A program made the translations under genes and the position numbers. A stretch of DNA of 63,192 nt, counting the filler, from Octopus bimaculoides (lineage: Eukaryota), in assembly GCF_001194135.2 (NCBI RefSeq). It is 8 parts of 8 records of this genome, joined end to end, with 100 filler letters (N's around TTAATTAATTAA, not from the genome) between each part and the next. Parts side by side here need not be neighbours in the genome. Positions count along the whole stretch, not along the records: positions 45,340 to 61,027 come from NC_068982.1; positions 61,128 to 63,192 come from NW_026405315.1; 6 more parts are not named here. One strand, 5' to 3'. Under the pieces are notes generated by a model that saw only the letters and a program-made list of their open reading frames with translations, did no database searches and was not told the origin of the DNA. The first letter of the stretch is position 1; each line of letters opens with the position of its first letter. Positions 51,572-62,759 of this stretch are shown here, piece after piece.

Positions 51572-51822
51572 AACAACAAACAAGATGAGGACAAATATCC
51601 GTCAAATGTAAATAGTGTAAATAATGTAAATAATGTACATAATTCCTCGTCTCTTAAATATAGAACTGTATTCCTTTTATTTTCTGTGATAAACTATGAT
51701 TGTTATTAACTCTTTCGGTCCAGTTTCCAAACCGCCACCATTATGACCTTTACTCTTTGTCTATGTATATCCTTTTCTCTTAATGTGCGGCTCTCATTCT
51801 CTATCTATTCCTGTTCCACCAT

Positions 51823-51881
<59 letters not shown>

Positions 51882-52770
51882 ACGAGAAAAGAATGAAAGA
51901 TTAGAGAGAAACAAAAGGAGCAAGGAAACAGAATTTGACGTCTCATAAACGTTGTAGAGTGAGATCGTTTGAAATGGAGTTGCTGTGTCAAACGTTCCTT
52001 CTCTTCTGTCTGCATGGAATAGTGGAATAAAGAGAGCGGAATGGGGATAAGATATGCACATACACATACATACACACACATATATNNNNNNNNNNNNNNN
52101 NNNNNNNNNNNNNNNNNNNNNNNNNNNNNNNNNNNNNNNNNNNNNNNNNNNNNNNNNNNNNNNNNNNNNNNNNNNNNNNNNNNNNNNNNNNNNNNNNNNN
52201 NNNNNNNNNNNNNNNNNNNNNNNNNNNNNNNNNNNNNNNNNNNNNNNNNNNNNNNNNNNNNNNNNNNNNNNNNNNNNNNNNNNNNNNNNNNNNNNNNNNN
52301 NNNNNNNNNNNNNNNNNNNNNNNNNNNNNNNNNNNNNNNNNNNNNNNNNNNNNNNNNNNNNNNNNNNNNNNNNNNNNNNNNNNNNNNNNNNNNNNNNNNN
52401 NNNNNNNNNNNNNNNNNNNNNNNNNNNNNNNNNNNNNNNNNNNNNNNNNNNNNNNNNNNNNNNNNNNNNNNNNNNNNNNNNNNNNNNNNNNNNNGTGGGG
52501 GAGAAGAGCCATGCAAGGAACGTCAAAATCACGGTGGTGCACCAGCATGACCGCAGCCACTTGGCTGAAACACATAAATAAATAAATACATATATATATA
52601 TATATATATATATCTTGATGTGACTCGTCTATGCCAGAAATACATACACAGAGAAAGAAAAATAGAAAGACCGAGACTGAAAGATGACTGAGTTTGACGT
52701 CACACAAATGTACAGCCGACATCATCTCCATCGCTTCCCCTCCTCCTCTTCTTCTCTCTCTCTCTCTCTT

Positions 52771-52803
<33 letters not shown>

Positions 52804-54489
52804 CATTCCCTCCTCCGCTCTCCTTATTCCAATATTCCACACAGAGAAGAGGAACATTTGACACAGCTATTCCATTTCAAACTCTCTGACTCTACAACGT
52901 TTCCTGACTGACAGAGGTTTGTGGTTCGTTGGAGATTTAGCTGTTATAACTCAAAATGAATGTTATACAATACTTCATAGCAAGACGACGAACAATGATT
53001 TATATAGTTTTGTGGGTGGTGTTTGGGCTTACAGACATAGTTAATTCATATTTAGAAATACAGCTGATATTGAAACAATGATATATCACATATGTCGCTC
53101 AGCAAATGTTTCTAGAAGCAATCTTTATTATATGATTATCTTCAAGACTGTTAATTGCGCAATTTATGTTTGAAATACATATTCTCATCTGAACAGAAAT
53201 CCGTGTTTAACACAATATGCTATTCCTGGCATAAGTTGCTGATGGTAGAAATCATTTCCATCTGCAATCAGCTGTGATTAGCTGCTGTCAGTCTCCGAAT
53301 TAGATTAGAGGTTTATCAACAATCGACAAAGTAATAAACTGACCAGAGTTGGCTGCACTGATAAGTCTGTAAAACATTAAAATAAACCCTAGTTTCGTAA
53401 GCTTTAGTTTTTTATAATTATTAATTAACATTATTGAAAGAATATTCGCATCTAAACTGGCAATAGAAACGGAACTGCATTTTCAGGATAATACCATAAC
53501 TATCTTGCAAAAATTATATACTGACAAATGTTTGTGTAACACGAACGCCCTTTTCTAATTGTTTGAAGCTGTTAAACCGGCAACAAGTAGAAAAGAAACT
53601 AAAAACAGAAAGGTTCGCTAGAAACTACCGCACTTTTCAAATGACAGTATAACTGAGTAAAATATATTTGATCTTAGATCATCAAGGATTGACTTGAGGT
53701 TAAACAGCAACGTCTATATAACTAACAAGAACAACATGATTGCCGTTACCTCTAACAGTACCCCCATCATCATTACCACAATCACCAACACCAAAACTAA
53801 TATAAGCACCACCACCAACAGCAACAACGTCACCACCATCACCAAAACCCACTAACTTTTTAATAACCACCTGACAACGACAATGATAGTATCAGTATGA
53901 TAGCAATGTCTGTAGCTACATATGCTGTATGTCAACACGAGGGTGTATATGTGAGTGTATGTAAGTGAGTGAGAGAGGGGGGTAAAGAGAGAGAGAAGGC
54001 GAGAGAGAGATAAAGAGAGAGAAAGAGAGAGTAGAATGTATTTTTATGGATTCAATCAAAGGTGCAAAAAGCGACGTGCCCCTGAAACTGATAACCCATC
54101 AACTAACTAGAATCATACAGTACTTCCTCCCACCTCACTCCGTCACCGTTTCATCTTTTCATTTACATTCTTACATTCATAGGGATAACACAATAATTCT
54201 TTCTCTCACAAAATTGTTCATTCTGGGTGTTTTTTTTTTCCCATCCACCTTAAATATCTGTTGCAGATAATTGTTGGTTGATTCATCTGATTGATTTACT
54301 ACGTCTAGGCTTACAAAGAGCGTGCAACATCTACAGAAGGTACAATACGTGACAATAGAGAGAAAATTAAGCCAAGTATTCGAGAAACTACTCCGTTGGC
54401 TGTTCGGACCTTATATTTTATAGCTCTAATCCGATGCTTAAAATGAAGCGATTCTCGAAGATCAGAGTCAATGTAATGTACCGATAAGC

Positions 54490-55610
54490 ACGATGGCAAT
54501 TTTTTTTAAAAAGCCAAATGTTTGTCTGACAGTTTACAGAAAAAGGACGATGAAGCGTCCAATGCATTTCTGGCTAGTTAAGTCTACTTTCAAAACTTTT
54601 AAGAAGCGAATGATTGAAGCTGGACGACGTAAAACTTACTGTTGAAGCTACCAGTGCTAACACAGAAGCTGCTACTGTCCTGTGCAGTTGAAAGCTTCTA
54701 CACATCAGAGCGAGTATATAATGTTGATGATGCTACACTTTTCTGGAAGGGTATACTTGCTAAACTTTTATTTCTCGAGAACAAAACTCAACACAAGGAT
54801 TTAAAGATTCGAAAAATTGCCTGATGTTTCTTCTGGGAGGAAATGCCGTTGGTGATATGAAATTAAAGCCCTTATTTGTGTATATCCTGAAGATCCATGG
54901 GCCAAGCTTAATATACCTCTGATTTTGCGTTCAGCTGAAAAAGCATGGATGACTAGGAGCGTTTTATAAAACTGGCTTGCAGACATTTTTTTGTCATACT
55001 GTAGAAAGGAATTGTCAGAGCATTGCTCCTTTTGTAGACGAGGCGCCAAGCCATCCAGTGAACTTCAATGAGCTTCCTAATAGACTGAGCGTAGAATATA
55101 TCCCCAAGAATACAATGTCGTAGTTCCCACCAATGGATCAAAGTGTGATAGCTAACTTCAAGGTATATTATCTGAAAACCTTCAAACAATGTATGAAAAC
55201 AAGTGACAGGGACGGTAAACCTACTGTTCGAGACGTGGGTGCTGTGAATAGCTGAGTCATGGTATGAAATGAAATCCTCAACTTGACAGTAGTCATAGAA
55301 AATGATGTAATTGAATTGCTGGAATGCCACAGAGAACGTTTGTCTATTGAGGAGCTGTTAGAACAAGAACAAACCGAGAATTCAAATGAGACTAGGGAAA
55401 TTCCAGCAACTTCATTTAAATTGAATGCAAAGGATATTGCTAAAAGTTTGACGCTTACAAAGCAAGGTCTACAATTTTTTGCAGATAACGACCCTAATCG
55501 GGAACGTAGCATAAAAATCACCAGAGGAGTTTACAACAAGCACAGTCCCTATAGAAAGAGATGATGTGCCATAAATATTAAACAACTTTGAGCAAGTTCT
55601 TTGTTTCTCA
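54490..55610 (+). mobile_element. Tigger/pogo transposase pseudogene
   Basis: Fragments RVYNVDDATLFWK, LLGGNAVGDMKLKPLFVY, KAWMT, VDEAPSHP, PMDQSVIANFKVYYL, DVIELLECHRERLSIEEL, DNDPNRER. Confidence 0.85.
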
Positions 55611-55646
55611 AACACATCTGGTGACAATGAAATATAAGATTAAATA

Positions 55647-56201
55647 CAGGGTGACCCCTAAAAAACAACCCACAAATCTTTGAATAAAACTGTTTGAATA
55701 AAACGATGCAGATGGATAGATCGAGATGAAGAGTGGTTCCAGCAACACGGGGCCACCCCCACTCATCAAACGACTCCCTAGCCTGGCTGAGAGAGTGATT
55801 TCAGGAGAAACTGATCAGCAGGAAGTGTGACGTTGAGTGGGCACTGCATTCGCCAGACTTGAACCCCGACCCCAGATTTTTATTTGTGTGAGTGTCCCAA
55901 GGATAATGTTTACCAGAGCAACCCTCAAACGATTGGTGAACTGAAGGCAGCAATCACAGCAGAAATCAGGGAAATCCCCAAAGAGGAATGTGTTCGAGTA
56001 ATTGAGAATTTTGCGCGACGTATGCAAGTGTTTGCGCGACGTATGCCATTTGGAGCATATTTTGAAAAGAACATGACTTTTATGCAAAAGAATGATCGTG
56101 CTCAGACTGAAGTTTAAGTCCAGCAAATTTTGAGAAATTTGCTGAACCTTTGTAGGGTTTAATAAAATGTTAATGGGTTCTGTTTTCTTGGGCCCACCTT
56201 G
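55647..56201 (+). mobile_element. Internally deleted Tc1/mariner element (DD41D-like spacing)
   Basis: TA-flanked imperfect TIRs cagggtgacccctaaaaaac / rc caaggtgggcccaagaaaac. Internal WFQQ(D>H)GATP...W..HSPDLNP.PDF...KDNVYQSNPQTIGELKAAITAEI. Confidence 0.8.
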
Positions 56202-56210
56202 TATAATGCT

Positions 56211-56914
56211 TTCTACTATAGGTACAAGGCCTGAAATTTGGTGGGAGAGGGCCAGTCAATTAAATCGACCCCAGTACGCAACTGATACTTACTTAATCGA
56301 TCCCGAAAGGATGAAAGGTAAAGTCGACCTCAGCGGAATTTGAACTCAGAAAGTAAAGACAGATGAAATACTGCTAAGCATTTCGCTCGGCGTGCTAATG
56401 TTTCTCATTTCTTTATTGCCCACAAGGGGCTACACATAGAGGGGACAAACAAGAACAGACAAAGGGATTAAGTCCATTACATCGACCCCAGTGCGCAACT
56501 GGTACTTAATTTATCGACCTCGAAAGGATGAAAGGCAAAGTCGACCTCGGTGAAATTTGAGCTCAGCGGAATTTGAACTCAGAAAGTAAAGACAGATGAA
56601 ATACTGCTAAGCATTTCGCCCGGCGCGCTAACGTTTCTGCCAGCTCACTGCCTTATAAGATAAAAAATAAAGCCCCTATTTCCCTGTAAGTCTCATTCAC
56701 TTCTACTCTAGGCACAAAGCCCGAAATTTGGTGGTGGTGGTGGGGCAGTCGATTAGATCGACCCCAGTATGCAACTAGTACTTAATTAATCGATCCTGAA
56801 AGGATGAAAGGCAAAGTCGACCTTGGCGGAATTTGAACTCAGAACGTAAAGATAGATGAAATACCGCTAAGCATTTCGCCCGGCGTGCTAACGATTCTGC
56901 CAGCTGGCCACCTT
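56211..56914 (-). mobile_element. Cluster of three nested SINE family B copies
   Basis: Three copies with two tail types; duplications at 56329-56404/56562-56637 and 56655-56698/56915-56959. Confidence 0.85.
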
Positions 56915-57308
56915 ATAAGATAAAATATAATGCCCCTACTTCCCCCATAAGTCTCATTCTACCATCACCCTCACATAGTAGTCAGCATCTTTTGTTGTAA
57001 CAACGTATCCTGTGACTACATTACGATATTTAGTTATTTCCTAACGTATTTTTCTTCAAATGTTTTTAATGTATACACATTTGTATACATAAAAGTGTTT
57101 TGTTTTAATTATCTTCATGCTTAAAAGTGATTGCATTGCATGTTTTTACAGTGTTGTTGTTGTTGTTGTTGTTGATCTGAAGAAACCGACGGATTGCATC
57201 AAACTTTATAAAAGGAAAATCAATAGACAAGTTAATTTCGCGTTTCGCCATGATTTTCAGGACTGCATTGCTTCCGCAAACGTGAGGAATTTACACACAC
57301 GCACACAC

Positions 57309-57352
<44 letters not shown>

Positions 57353-57962
57353 CCTTTTATACACACGGACGTGGCAAGGTGGTAAACGGGTTCCTTCGCA
57401 ACCAAGTGGTTGTGGGTTCAGTCTCAGAACCANNNNNNNNNNNNNNNNNNNNNNNNNNNNNNNNNNNNNNNNNNNNNNNNNNNNNNNNNNNNNNNNNNNN
57501 NNNNNNNNNNNNNNNNNNNNNNNNNNNNNNNNNNNNNNNNNNNNNNNNNNNNNNNNNNNNNNNNNNNNNNNNNNNNNNNNNNNNNNNNNNNNNNNNNNNN
57601 NNNNNNNNNNNNNNNNNNNNNNNNNNNNNNNNNNNNNNNNNNNNNNNNNNNNNNNNNNNNNNNNNNNNNNNNNNNNNNNNNNNNNNNNNNNNNNNNNNNN
57701 NNNNNNNNNNNNNNNNNNNNNNNNNNNNNNNNNNNNNNNNNNNNNNNNNNNNNNNNNNNNNNNNNNNNNNNNNNNNNNNNNNNNNNNNNNNNNNNNNNNN
57801 NNNNNNNNNNNNNNNNNNNNNNNNNNNNNNNNNNNNNNNNNNNNNNNNNNNNNNNNNNNNNNNNNNNNNNNNNNNNNNNNNNNNNNNNNNNNNNNNNNNN
57901 NNNNNNNNNNNNNNNNNNNNNNNNNNNNNNNNNNNNNNNNNNNNATATATATATATATATAT

Positions 57963-58305
57963 AGTGACTGTGTGGTAAGAAGCTTGCTCACCAAGACATG
58001 GTTCCGGGTTCAGTCCTACTGTGTGACACCTTAGGCAAGTGTCTCCTCTATAGCCTCGGGCTGACCACAGCCTTGTGAGTGGATTTGGTAGAGGGAAACT
58101 GAAAGAAGCCCGTCTGTGTTTGTCCTCCCACCATCGCTTGACAACTGATATTGATGTGTTTTCGTCCCCATAATTTAGCAGTTCAGCTTAAGAGACCGAT
58201 AGAATAAGTACTAGGCTTACAAAGAATAAGTCCTGGAGTCGATTTGTCCGACTAAAGGCGGTGCTCCAGCACAGCCGCAGTCAAATAACTGAAACAAGTA
58301 AAAGA
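57963..58305 (+). mobile_element. SINE family A, near full length
   Basis: Head, middle and 3' module. Confidence 0.85.
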
Positions 58306-58324
58306 ACATATGCTACATATCCTA

Positions 58325-60205
58325 CAGGAGTGGCTGTGTGGTAAGAAGCTCGCTTCCCGCGTATGCGTCGGTCCATTCGCTGTATTGATTTTTGACGAGT
58401 CGGACGGAATTTTTTGAGCTGCTTGGCAGCGGTTTGTCTGTGAGTGTTGTACCGGTAGAAAAAATGCATTCAAACCTTAGCGAGTATGAGCTGTCCTCAG
58501 CGGAGGAGGAGCTCGTTAAGACAGTAAATAGAATGGGCGAGCATTTGGAAAGAGTAAAGGGTTTTGCTGAGGCTGCAAAGGTGAAGAAAAGGGAGGTGGA
58601 CCTAGCTGACACAAAAGGTGGGCGGTGACGTAAAGTTATTACCCCCGAATAGTTTTATGGAAAATATGGAAAAGAAGACTATTACTTACAAAGTGTACTC
58701 AGTGGAGATTAGGAAGGTGGAGTGGATGGAGATGGAAAAGTAGAAAAAGCATTAAAGGGGCTTTCGAAGGAAGTGACATACATAGCGAAAGGAAATGGAT
58801 ATGGGACGGTGGTTGTCCAGTTTAGGACAGCGGAGGAGGCAAAGAGGCTGGCGAGTGCAACTGCAAAAACGGAGGAAATGGTACTTCTACCCACGTACCT
58901 TGGAAGAAAGATTTCTAAGGTGAGGGTAGAAGGAATTCCACCCGATATAGAAGTGGCTTGGATTGCGGCAGCCGTCCTCGTTGNNNNNNNNNNNNNNNNN
59001 NNNNNNNNNNNNNNNNNNNNNNNNNNNNNNNNNNNNNNNNNNNNNNNNNNNNNNNNNNNNNNNNNNNNNNNNNNNNNNNNNNNNNNNNNNNNNNNNNNNN
59101 NNNNNNNNNNNNNNNNNNNNNNNNNNNNNNNNNNNNNNNNNNNNNNNNNNNNNNNNNNNNNNNNNNNNNNNNNNNNNNNNNNNNNNNNNNNNNNNNNNNN
59201 NNNNNNNNNNNNNNNNNNNNNNNNNNNNNNNNNNNNNNNNNNNNNNNNNNNNNNNNNAAGGAGGATGAATGGACAGTGACAGAGAATAAAAGGAAAAAGA
59301 GAAAGAAGAGGAAGAACAGTCAGTGTGATGTGGGACCCCAGACCAACTCCATCCCACCCAAGACCACTCAGACACACCCTCCCCATACAGAAACCAAACC
59401 CACCCATTCCCTCTCCCCACAGGAAAAAAAGAAGAAAGAACAGACACCACAAAATTTAAAAGACCCCTCCCCTGGTGAAAAAGGTTACGTGTATATGGAG
59501 GATAGAGTGCTGTCACTCAGCGATGGGGAAAACGGTAAACGAATGACTAGATCAAAGACTAAAGAGGACTCAGGACTCAGAGGTGGCGAGTGGTGTTACT
59601 CAGTGTGGGGTGAGTAAAACACTTTTCATATTCTCACTTCTCAGTTATCATTCACGTATCATTATTTTAATATTTTGATTTTAATGTTTTTCATGTGTCA
59701 TCCATAGCATCATATTTTTATTTTAATTGTTATATGTTCCCACGTGTTGTAGTGTCCCTCTCTATGTAATGCCTTTATGGAAATTTAAAAGAAATAAAGA
59801 AGCTTGCTTCCCAACCACATAGTTCTGGGTTCAGTCCCACTGCTTGGTGCCTTGGGCAAGTGTCTTCTACTATAGCCTCGCGCCGACCAAAGCTTTGTGA
59901 GTGGATTTGGAAGACAGAATCTGAAAGAAGCCCGCGTAAGTACATATGTGTGTGTGTGTATGTGTGTGTGTATGTATGTATGAATATGTTTGTGTGTCTG
60001 TGTTTGTACCCCCACCATCGCTTGACAACAGATATTGGTGTGCTTACGTCCTCGTAACCTAGCGGTTTGTCAAAAAGAGACCGACAGAATAAGTACTTGG
60101 CTTATAGAGAATGAGGCCTAGAGTTGATTTGTTCGACTAAAAAAAGGCGGTGCTCTAGCATTGTCGCAGTGAAATGACCGAAACAAATAAAAGAATAAAA
60201 GAATA
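58325..60205 (+). mobile_element. SINE family A split by an insertion (head 58325-58358, remainder 59797-60205)
   Basis: The SINE sequence stops at gcttccc and resumes at aagaagcttgcttcccaaccac. Confidence 0.85.
58359..59796 (+). mobile_element. ORF1-only non-LTR retroelement (HAL1-like, L1/Tx1-type ORF1), pseudogenised
   Basis: 16-bp TSD aagaagct(c/t)gcttccc (58343-58358, 59797-59812). One frameshifted ORF with GTVVVQFRTAEEAKRL...PTYLGRKISKVRVEGIPPDI and a basic, low-complexity C-terminus, a T-rich 3' UTR and AATAAA at the 3' junction. Confidence 0.6.
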
Positions 60206-60262
60206 TATATATCGGGTTGTCAGATGAATTTGTTCGTTTTTTTTTTGTTTCCTCTTGACACT

Positions 60263-60300
<38 letters not shown>

Positions 60301-60699
60301 GCGGTAAAATTTATTCAAAATTCAAAAACGATAAGAGAAAAACTGTAGAGGAAAACTAGAGCTACAAAAATAACAAGCATAAAATAATACGATAAAAATA
60401 ATTTTCCTCTTAATTCAAATAACAATGTAAAGGATCACAATAAAATGCAAACAAATAAATTCCAACTTTTAATTCTGGACACTCTTGCTGTGATAGTAAT
60501 CGATCCCGTCGTGTATTGATCCCAATTAGGTAGACAAAATAAGTATTTATAAATGCAAGTGAAACTTTGAACATCTCGCAACTTCAAAATGGTATCTCCC
60601 AAAATATGCAGATGATATCAAGATTATTATATAAAGAAAAGTTTTGGCTCTTTAGAGTTTCAGTTGGATTTTTTTAATTACTTCGTTTGTTGTTCGTAG

Positions 60700-61027
60700 T
60701 CTAGCGAGTTGAAGCCGGGAATTATGCTGGATAATATCAACAGAAAAGACAGAACTATGCCGGATAATGTCAACAAAAAAGACGGAACTAAGCCGGATAA
60801 TACCAACAAAAAAGACGGAACTGAACCGGATAATGTCAACAAAAAAGACGAAACTAAGCCGGATAATGTCAACAAAAAAGACGGAACTGAACCGGATAAT
60901 GTCAACAAAAAAGACGGAACTGAACCGGATAATGTCAACAAAAAAGACGGAGCTAAGCCGGATAATGTCAACAAAAAAGACGGAACTGAACCGGATAATG
61001 TCAACAAAAAAGACGGAACTGAACCGG
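60700..61027 (+). CDS. Possible internal coding exon with an 11-aa repeat
   Basis: T-rich tract ending cgtag at 60699; the frame continues SSELKPGIMLDNINRKDRTMPDNVNKKDG... without a stop. There is no homology or transcript evidence. Confidence 0.3.
60729..61027 (+). repeat. 33-bp minisatellite, 9 copies, possibly coding (DNVNKKDGT[K/E]P)
   Basis: Unit ggataatgtcaacaaaaaagacggaact(aag/gaa)cc with no indels; runs into a linker gap. Confidence 0.95.
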
Positions 61028-61364
61028 NNNNNNNNNNNNNNNNNNNNNNNNNNNNNNNNNNNNNNNNNNNNTTAATTAATTAANNNNNNNNNNNNNNNNN
61101 NNNNNNNNNNNNNNNNNNNNNNNNNNNCACGATTTCACATTAAAAATCTTGCAAAACAAATATGTATATATATATATTTATATATGTATAAATTTGCACG
61201 AAGCGTAATGATGCTTAATGAGCATCTACCTGCTAGAAATAAGAGCTAAGTCTTAAATAATCCACCGTAGCGCACCAATATAACAGAGAAAAACAGTATG
61301 CGAGGAAAACAGAAAGAATTAAAACATTTAACAGCACAAATAAAAATATTATGCAATTAGGGAT

Positions 61365-61422
61365 ATCCACAAACCAGGTTTCGGCTTTTGGTTATTCAAC
61401 CTTGAGCCTCGTCAGTGTGGAC
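61365..61422 (-). ncRNA. Type-I hammerhead ribozyme, intact core, antisense to the adjacent PLE ORF
   Basis: Minus strand: GTCCACA-CTGACGA-GGCT-caa-ggtt-gaat-aacc-aaa-AGCC-GAAA-CCTGGT-T-TGTGGAT; GUU site. Confidence 0.8.
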
Positions 61423-61521
61423 TACCAGTTTAAATCCATGACTGTTCACGTTAGTCTCTGACTGTGCAACTGGTTTTGTTTTGCACCAAAATCAGAGCAC
61501 ATGATGCGTAAAAATATATAA

Positions 61522-62148
61522 ATGAAATATTTCATTTATAAATGGAAGGCCAACTCATGGTATGATAGCCACAAATACCAGAGCGTCATGTTCGTCAACA
61601 CCACCCCTAGAGGCGAACTGGCGTACCGCTTTATAAGGGCCCTAGACAAACTTAAGCTAAGAATTAAGGTTGTTGAAAGACCAGGCAACCCTATCAAATC
61701 CCTTATCAGTAGAACCTACCCTTTTAGTAGAACCCCCTGTACTGATAGGAACTGTACTGTATGTAGATTTAGCCCACAAACAAACTGTAAAGCCAGAAAT
61801 GTGGTCTATAGTACAGAGGGACGATGCAGTAACAAGACAACGGCGTATGTAGGGGAAACATCACGGAGCATAGGAGAGCGGGTAAATGTACATTGGAGGG
61901 AACTTAAGGAAGAGAAGAGCTCATCAGTTCTGTACCAGCACGTTGAGCAGAAACACGGAGGCTCACTCAACAACATAGAAATTAAAATCTTGTCCACACA
62001 TAGAACAGATGCAGCACTCAGACAAATTACAGAAGATACACACATAATAGAAGATAAACCTAGCCTGAATAGGAAACTGGAATGGAACACTAGCACACAC
62101 CACCAACAAACCACAACATATGACAATAACTTCCTCATAAACCGATAG
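61522..62148 (+). mobile_element. PLE GIY-YIG endonuclease region, probably Naiad/Chlamys-type
   Basis: SVMFVNTTPRGELA...KVVERPG...C..CTVC...NCKARNVVY...YVGETSRSIGER...H...SVLYQH...H...DAALRQITE...LNRKLEW. Confidence 0.85.
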
Positions 62149-62508
62149 CAATATGAACAAAATATAATACAATACATAGATAAACAAATGGAATTAAATA
62201 CTACATACGTTAACAAAATTAAATTAAATACAAAAAACAAAAACAAAAAAAGAAGTAGGTATAAACACATGAACAAATAAATAAATAAATAAAAACAAAA
62301 ATAAAAATTAAAAAATATAAAAAATAAACGAACATGTATTAACAGAGGATATAGATAATACAGGCACTCCCCATACACACACATGCACTTACAAAACATA
62401 GACGCACATAGAGGGATATGCATGCGTAGACACATACAATAGGAATACAAAATACAAAATGGCTGATCATTAGCAAGGAGGGACACACATAAGAAAGAAG
62501 AAAGCAAA

Positions 62509-62553
62509 GGACCACTGATGAATTCACAGAAGTGTGACGAAAGAACTCTGGCC
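62509..62553 (+). ncRNA. Type-I hammerhead motif, core intact but 10.1-11.1 pair mismatched, sense to the PLE ORF
   Basis: ggacca-CTGATGA-a-ttcac-agaagt-gtgac-GAAA-g-aa-c-TC-tggcc; CUC site. Confidence 0.6.
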
Positions 62554-62716
62554 GAAATAGAATTAATGCAATGTAATGTAATATAAAGCTGAAGCAAATT
62601 AACACCAAATATACAGTGCCTGTGTTTTTATTGGCCAAACTGGCAATATGACCATCCCCAAATACAGCAACATCTGTTTCAACACAGGATTTCACTTCAA
62701 AAATCTTGCAAAATAA

Positions 62717-62747
<31 letters not shown>

Positions 62748-62759
62748 AATATGATGATA

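Noticed and set aside
60729-61027. CRISPR-like periodicity of the 33-bp repeat
   Set aside because: Contiguous units with no unique spacers, in a eukaryotic context.
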